A DNA stretch of 64,000 nt from Gemmatimonadota bacterium. Lineage in GTDB: Bacteria > Gemmatimonadota > Gemmatimonadetes > Gemmatimonadales > GWC2-71-9. The notes beneath the pieces were generated by a model. It was not told the origin of the DNA. It did not search any database and was given only the letters and a program-made list of their open reading frames with translations. The translations under genes and the position numbers were made by a program. Every line of letters starts with the position of its first letter. Positions within the stretch are counted from its first letter, which is position 1. The DNA lies in NCBI GenBank assembly GCA_039930765.1, contig JBDTTF010000181.1, positions 29,307 through 93,306 on the forward strand. Direction: 5' to 3'. This document shows positions 59,993 to 64,000 of this stretch, piece after piece.

Positions 59993-62900
59993 TCAGGCCG
60001 GCGTGGCGCCGGCCGACAACTGCTTGACTGCCACCGTGACCTGCTGTCCCTCGATTGCGAACGACTCCTGGCGATCGGCCGCCGGGAGTATTTCCCCCAC
60101 CTTGAATTCCCTGGCCAGGGTTTCTTCGGCGATGAAGCTCCGGTGGTTGAGCGCCGCCGAAAGGATGTCCGGACCACCGGTGATCGACAGTCTGATCCGG
60201 GCCGAGAAGGCGAAGCCCGCCTCTTTGCGGAGCCGCTGGATCAGGTGCACCAGCTCCCTCGCAATCCCTTCCAGCCGGAGCTCCGGGGTCAGGACCGGAT
60301 CGAGCGCAGCCACATACGGCCCGTCGCTCTGCACCAGCCAGTCGGTGGCCACTTCCCGCTCGACCACCACATCCTCGGAAAGATAAGTGATCCGGGCCCC
60401 GTCCACCTCAAGGAAGGCCTCCCCGCCGGTTTCCAGCGTCCGGAGCTGATCGGGGGTCAGCTGGCTGGCCAAGCCCGCCACGTGGGGGGTCTGCTTGCCA
60501 TAGCGCTTGCCCAGTGAGCGGAAGTTGGCCCTGGCCTTGAGCCGCACCAGCTCGGTATCGGAGCCGACCACCGAGACCTGCTTGACGTTGACCTCGTGGG
60601 AGAGGGTCGCGAGCAGCGCGTCGAAGTGGGGGCCGAGGACGGCGGCAGGAACTGCCACCTGCATCCGGGCCAGCGGCTGCCGGACCTTGCGGTCCGGGCC
60701 CCGAGCCGCTCGCGCCAGCGAGGCCAGGCGGCGGATGGCATCCATGGCTGCATCGAGCCTGGGCTCGTGAACCCCGGCAACCTTGGGAAACTCCGCCAGG
60801 TGCACCGAAGTTCCCGTCAGCGACCGATGCAGCCAGTCGGCGGCGAACGGCGCCGCCGAGGCCAGCAGCCGGCACACCGTGACCAAGGCATGATGGAGGG
60901 TGGCCACCGCCGCCGGATCGGCCTCGTGGTCCGGCGCCCAGAATCGGGGCTTGTTGGTCCGGATGTACCAGTTGGACAGGTCGGTGACCACGAAGTCCAT
61001 CAGGGCCCGGGTGCCGGTGGTCACATCGTACGACTCCCAGGCCGCGGTTACCGCACCGACCGTATAGTCGAGCCGCGAGCGGAGCCAGCGATCGGCCAGG
61101 GTTGGAGTGCCGGCCGCGCTGGCTGGAGTCCAGTCGCCTGAAAACGCCGCAAAGAACTTGTAGCTGTTGCTCAGCGTGTTGAGGAATCCACCGGCGCTCT
61201 CGGGAATCGTCCTGGGATCGAACTTCTTGGGCAGCCAGACCTGACTCGAGACCAGCAGGTAGAGCCGGACTGCATCGGCTCCGAACTCGCGGACCATGGC
61301 CCAGGGGTCGACCACATTGCCCCGGCTCTTTGACATCTTGAGCCCTTCGGCATCCAGCACCAGCTCATTGACGATGACATTGCGATAGGCCGGGGCGTCG
61401 AACGCGGTCGTGGCAATGGCCAGCAACGAGTAGAACCAGCCGCGGGTCTGGTCGATCCCCTCGCAGATGTAGTCCGCCGGGAAATGCGCCTTGAACTCGG
61501 CCTCATGCTCGAACGGATAGTGCCACTGGGCATATGGCATCGACCCCGAATCGAACCAGGTGTCGATCACCTCGGCGGCGCGAGTCATGGTGCCGCCGCA
61601 GCTGCACGTCCAGGTGTAGCTGTCAATGAAGGGCTTGTGCGGATCGAAATCGGCGGGCAGGGGCTTGCCCCACAGTTCGGCCAGCCGGGCGTAGCTGCCG
61701 ACCACTTCGATGTGGGACGGGTCCTGGTCGCAGCTCCAGACCGGCAGCGGCGTGCCCCAGTAGCGATCACGGGACAGCGCCCAGTCGACGTTGTTGGCCA
61801 GCCACTCGCCGAACCGGCCACTGCCGATTTCGGGCGGATGCCACTGGACGCCGGCGTTGAGCTCGATCATCCGCTGCTTGACCGCCGAAGTCCGGACGAA
61901 CCAGGAGTCACGGGCGTAGTAGATCAGCTTGCTCTTGCAGCGCCAGCAGTGGGGATAGCTGTGCTCGTAGGCCTCGGTGGCCAGCCAGCGGCCATCCTGC
62001 TTGAGCTTTCGGATGATCAGATCATTGGTCTCGTCGGCGGTGACCAGCCGGCCTTCGATCTCGGGCCAGGTGGTGCCGACAAAGGTCCCGTCCGCGGCGA
62101 CAGGACGGACCAGCGCCAGGCCATGTTCCTTGCCGGCGGCGTGGTCATCGGCGCCGAAAGCCGGCGCCAGGTGCACCATGCCGGAGCCATCGTCGGCGGT
62201 GACGAAATCAGCCGCGACCACCAGCCGGGATTTGAATTCGGGGGGGAGCGGCACCACCTCGAGCGGCCGGGTATAACTCAGCCCCGCCAGCGCCGACCCC
62301 TTGATCGTGCGCCGGAGCGGCAATTCTCCGATCGGCGTGATCCTGCCCTCGTGCGGCACTTTCACCGATTCGGCCCGCGACGTGGCAATGACCAGGGTGC
62401 GGTTGCCGAGCGCGTATTCGCCGTAATCCATCTCGGCATGCACCGCCACCGCCACATTCGCCGGCAGGGTCCACGGTGTCGTGGTCCACACCACCAGCTC
62501 GCGATTGGATCCGTCGGTCAGCGGAAAAGTCACATAGACCGACTTGTCCTTCACATCCTCGTAGCCCAGCGCCAGCTCGTGACTCGACAGCACCGTGCCG
62601 CAGCGGGGGCAGTACGGCAGCACCCGGTGCCCGCGGTATAGCAGGTCCCGGTCTGCCAGCCGCTTGAGCAGCCACCAGACCGACTCGACGTACTGGTTGG
62701 TATAGGTAACGTAGGGATGGTCGTAGTCGAGCCAGTACCCGGTCCGGTCCGACAGCTCCTCCCAGTCCGTCTTGTACTTGAAGACGCTGGCGCGGCACAA
62801 GGCGTTGAACCTCTCGACCCCGTAGGCCTCGATGTCCTTCTTGCCCTTGAGCTCGAGCTGTTTCTCGACTTCGATTTCGACCGGCAGCCCGTGGGTGTCC

Positions 62901-63154
62901 CACCCGGCGATCCGGGTAACCTGCCGCCCCTGCATGGTGCGGAACCGGCAGATCAGGTCCTTGATGGTCCGGGAAAAGACGTGATGAATGCCGGGCCGGC
63001 CGTTGGCGGTCGGCGGCCCCTCGTAGAAGACAAACGGCTGGCCATTCCGGGTGCGGTCGAGCGTCTGCTGGAACAGCGCCTCCTTTTTCCAGGTAGCGCG
63101 CAGCCCTTCCTCGAGTGCATCCGCGGTACCAGCCGGCCACGGCGCAAAACTCAT
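59993..63154 (-). CDS. ileS: Isoleucine--tRNA ligase
   Basis: 1053 aa with the HIGH-region PTANGRPGIHH, a CP1 editing insertion and KMSKS. Confidence 0.95.
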   Translation of the reverse strand: MSFAPWPAGTADALEEGLRATWKKEALFQQTLDRTRNGQPFVFYEGPPTANGRPGIHHVFSRTIKDLICRFRTMQGRQVTRIAGWDTHGLPVEIEVEKQLELKGKKDIEAYGVERFNALCRASVFKYKTDWEELSDRTGYWLDYDHPYVTYTNQYVESVWWLLKRLADRDLLYRGHRVLPYCPRCGTVLSSHELALGYEDVKDKSVYVTFPLTDGSNRELVVWTTTPWTLPANVAVAVHAEMDYGEYALGNRTLVIATSRAESVKVPHEGRITPIGELPLRRTIKGSALAGLSYTRPLEVVPLPPEFKSRLVVAADFVTADDGSGMVHLAPAFGADDHAAGKEHGLALVRPVAADGTFVGTTWPEIEGRLVTADETNDLIIRKLKQDGRWLATEAYEHSYPHCWRCKSKLIYYARDSWFVRTSAVKQRMIELNAGVQWHPPEIGSGRFGEWLANNVDWALSRDRYWGTPLPVWSCDQDPSHIEVVGSYARLAELWGKPLPADFDPHKPFIDSYTWTCSCGGTMTRAAEVIDTWFDSGSMPYAQWHYPFEHEAEFKAHFPADYICEGIDQTRGWFYSLLAIATTAFDAPAYRNVIVNELVLDAEGLKMSKSRGNVVDPWAMVREFGADAVRLYLLVSSQVWLPKKFDPRTIPESAGGFLNTLSNSYKFFAAFSGDWTPASAAGTPTLADRWLRSRLDYTVGAVTAAWESYDVTTGTRALMDFVVTDLSNWYIRTNKPRFWAPDHEADPAAVATLHHALVTVCRLLASAAPFAADWLHRSLTGTSVHLAEFPKVAGVHEPRLDAAMDAIRRLASLARAARGPDRKVRQPLARMQVAVPAAVLGPHFDALLATLSHEVNVKQVSVVGSDTELVRLKARANFRSLGKRYGKQTPHVAGLASQLTPDQLRTLETGGEAFLEVDGARITYLSEDVVVEREVATDWLVQSDGPYVAALDPVLTPELRLEGIARELVHLIQRLRKEAGFAFSARIRLSITGGPDILSAALNHRSFIAEETLAREFKVGEILPAADRQESFAIEGQQVTVAVKQLSAGATPA

Positions 63155-63984
63155 CCAGGCAGCTCGGCCAGCAGGCGGGTGACCAGCTTGGTCAACGACG
63201 GCTCGGCTCTGGCCGCCACGGCGATGATCCTGGTGATGTCGGCCGGCTCAAGGGCATCCGGCAGGCACTGATCGGTGATGATCGAGATGCCGAGGGCCCG
63301 CATGCCCTGATGCACCGCCACGATCACCTCGGGCACCGTCGACATTCCGACGACGTCGGCGCCCATGCCCCGGAGCATTCGGTACTCCGCGCGGGTCTCG
63401 AGGCACGGACCGGTGACGGCCACGTAGACCCCTTCCCGCAGCACGATGCCGTCCTTGCGGGCGACTTCACGCGCAATGGCGCGCAGCGCTGCGTCATACG
63501 GCGCCGACATATCCGGGAAACGCGGTCCCAGCCGGTCGTCGTTGTTCCCGATCAGCGGGTTATCGCCAAGGAAGTTGATGTGATCGCTGATCAGCATCAG
63601 GTCGCCGGGGGCCCACAACGGATTCATCCCGCCACAGGCGTTGGACACGAGGAGGACCGGCGCACCCAGCGCGTGCAGCACGCGCACCGGAAAGGTCACC
63701 TGGCGAAGGGTATATCCCTCGTACCGATGGAACCGCCCCTGCATGGCTACCACGCGCTTGCCACCCAGAGTGCCGAACAGCAGCCGTCCGGCGTGGGTCT
63801 CGACGGTGGACAGTGCAAAACCGGGGACCTCGCCGTACGGAATCTCGGCCTCGATCTTCATTTCGCCGACCAGGCCGCCGAGCCCGGTGCCGAGGATGAT
63901 GGCGGCCTGGGGCTCGAGCGGGGTGCGCTTGCGGATGGCAGCGACCGCCGCCTGGACTTCGTCGTACAGTGACGCGGGGGTCAT
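63151..63984 (-). CDS. punA: Purine nucleoside phosphorylase (PunA type)
   Basis: 277 aa with ILGTGLG, STVETHAGRL, GRFHRYEGY and MSTVPEV motifs. It overlaps ileS by 4 nt. Confidence 0.9.
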   Translation of the reverse strand: MTPASLYDEVQAAVAAIRKRTPLEPQAAIILGTGLGGLVGEMKIEAEIPYGEVPGFALSTVETHAGRLLFGTLGGKRVVAMQGRFHRYEGYTLRQVTFPVRVLHALGAPVLLVSNACGGMNPLWAPGDLMLISDHINFLGDNPLIGNNDDRLGPRFPDMSAPYDAALRAIAREVARKDGIVLREGVYVAVTGPCLETRAEYRMLRGMGADVVGMSTVPEVIVAVHQGMRALGISIITDQCLPDALEPADITRIIAVAARAEPSLTKLVTRLLAELPG

Positions 63985-64000
63985 GACTGCCGCTTGAGGA

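Noticed and set aside
63981-64000. Possible 3' end of another minus-strand gene (…LKRQS*) overlapping the punA start as ATGA
   Set aside because: Only 6 codons are visible, which is too little to support a feature call.

Overview
High-GC bacterial chromosome segment, probably from a diderm (outer-membrane barrel candidates, lipoprotein signals, LspA). A Gemmatimonadota-like origin is only a guess. About 60 of 63 genes lie on the minus strand, packed with very short gaps or start/stop overlaps. From the right edge leftwards on the minus strand: (i) punA-ileS-dksA-lspA-rluD. (ii) A ~16 kb gene train (58052-41744) in which che genes (cheW-cheY-cheA-cheC ... cheR-cheD-cheB-cheW-cheW) bracket an MglA/MglB small-GTPase module. 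That module also holds two extra Roadblock/LC7 proteins, two PATAN(DUF4388)-TPR paralogs, several TPR proteins and a 654-aa protein made of two complete DnaA-type AAA+ modules with no DNA-binding domain. (iii) tRNA-Val, a secreted TPR protein and tRNA-Asp. (iv) A dcw cluster, rsmH-ftsL-ftsI-murE-murF-mraY-murD-ftsW-murG-[TPR insert]-murC-ftsQ-ftsA-ftsZ. (v) Housekeeping genes: an M23 peptidase, hisA, ftsY, recG, asnS, mazG, alr, deoB, cdd, miaB, comFB, comEC, fbp. The most interesting content is the Che/Mgl hybrid locus and its tandem DnaA-like ATPase. I do not recognise this as a described system. Secondary observations are short tandem heptanucleotide arrays in four intergenic spacers and a compositionally atypical TPR gene plus 420 bp of noncoding DNA inserted between murG and murC. 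The ORF track uses the longest ATG/GTG start, so I trimmed many N-termini. Many long ORFs are antisense shadows typical of high-GC DNA. All family calls come from motif recognition by eye, and no database search was possible.
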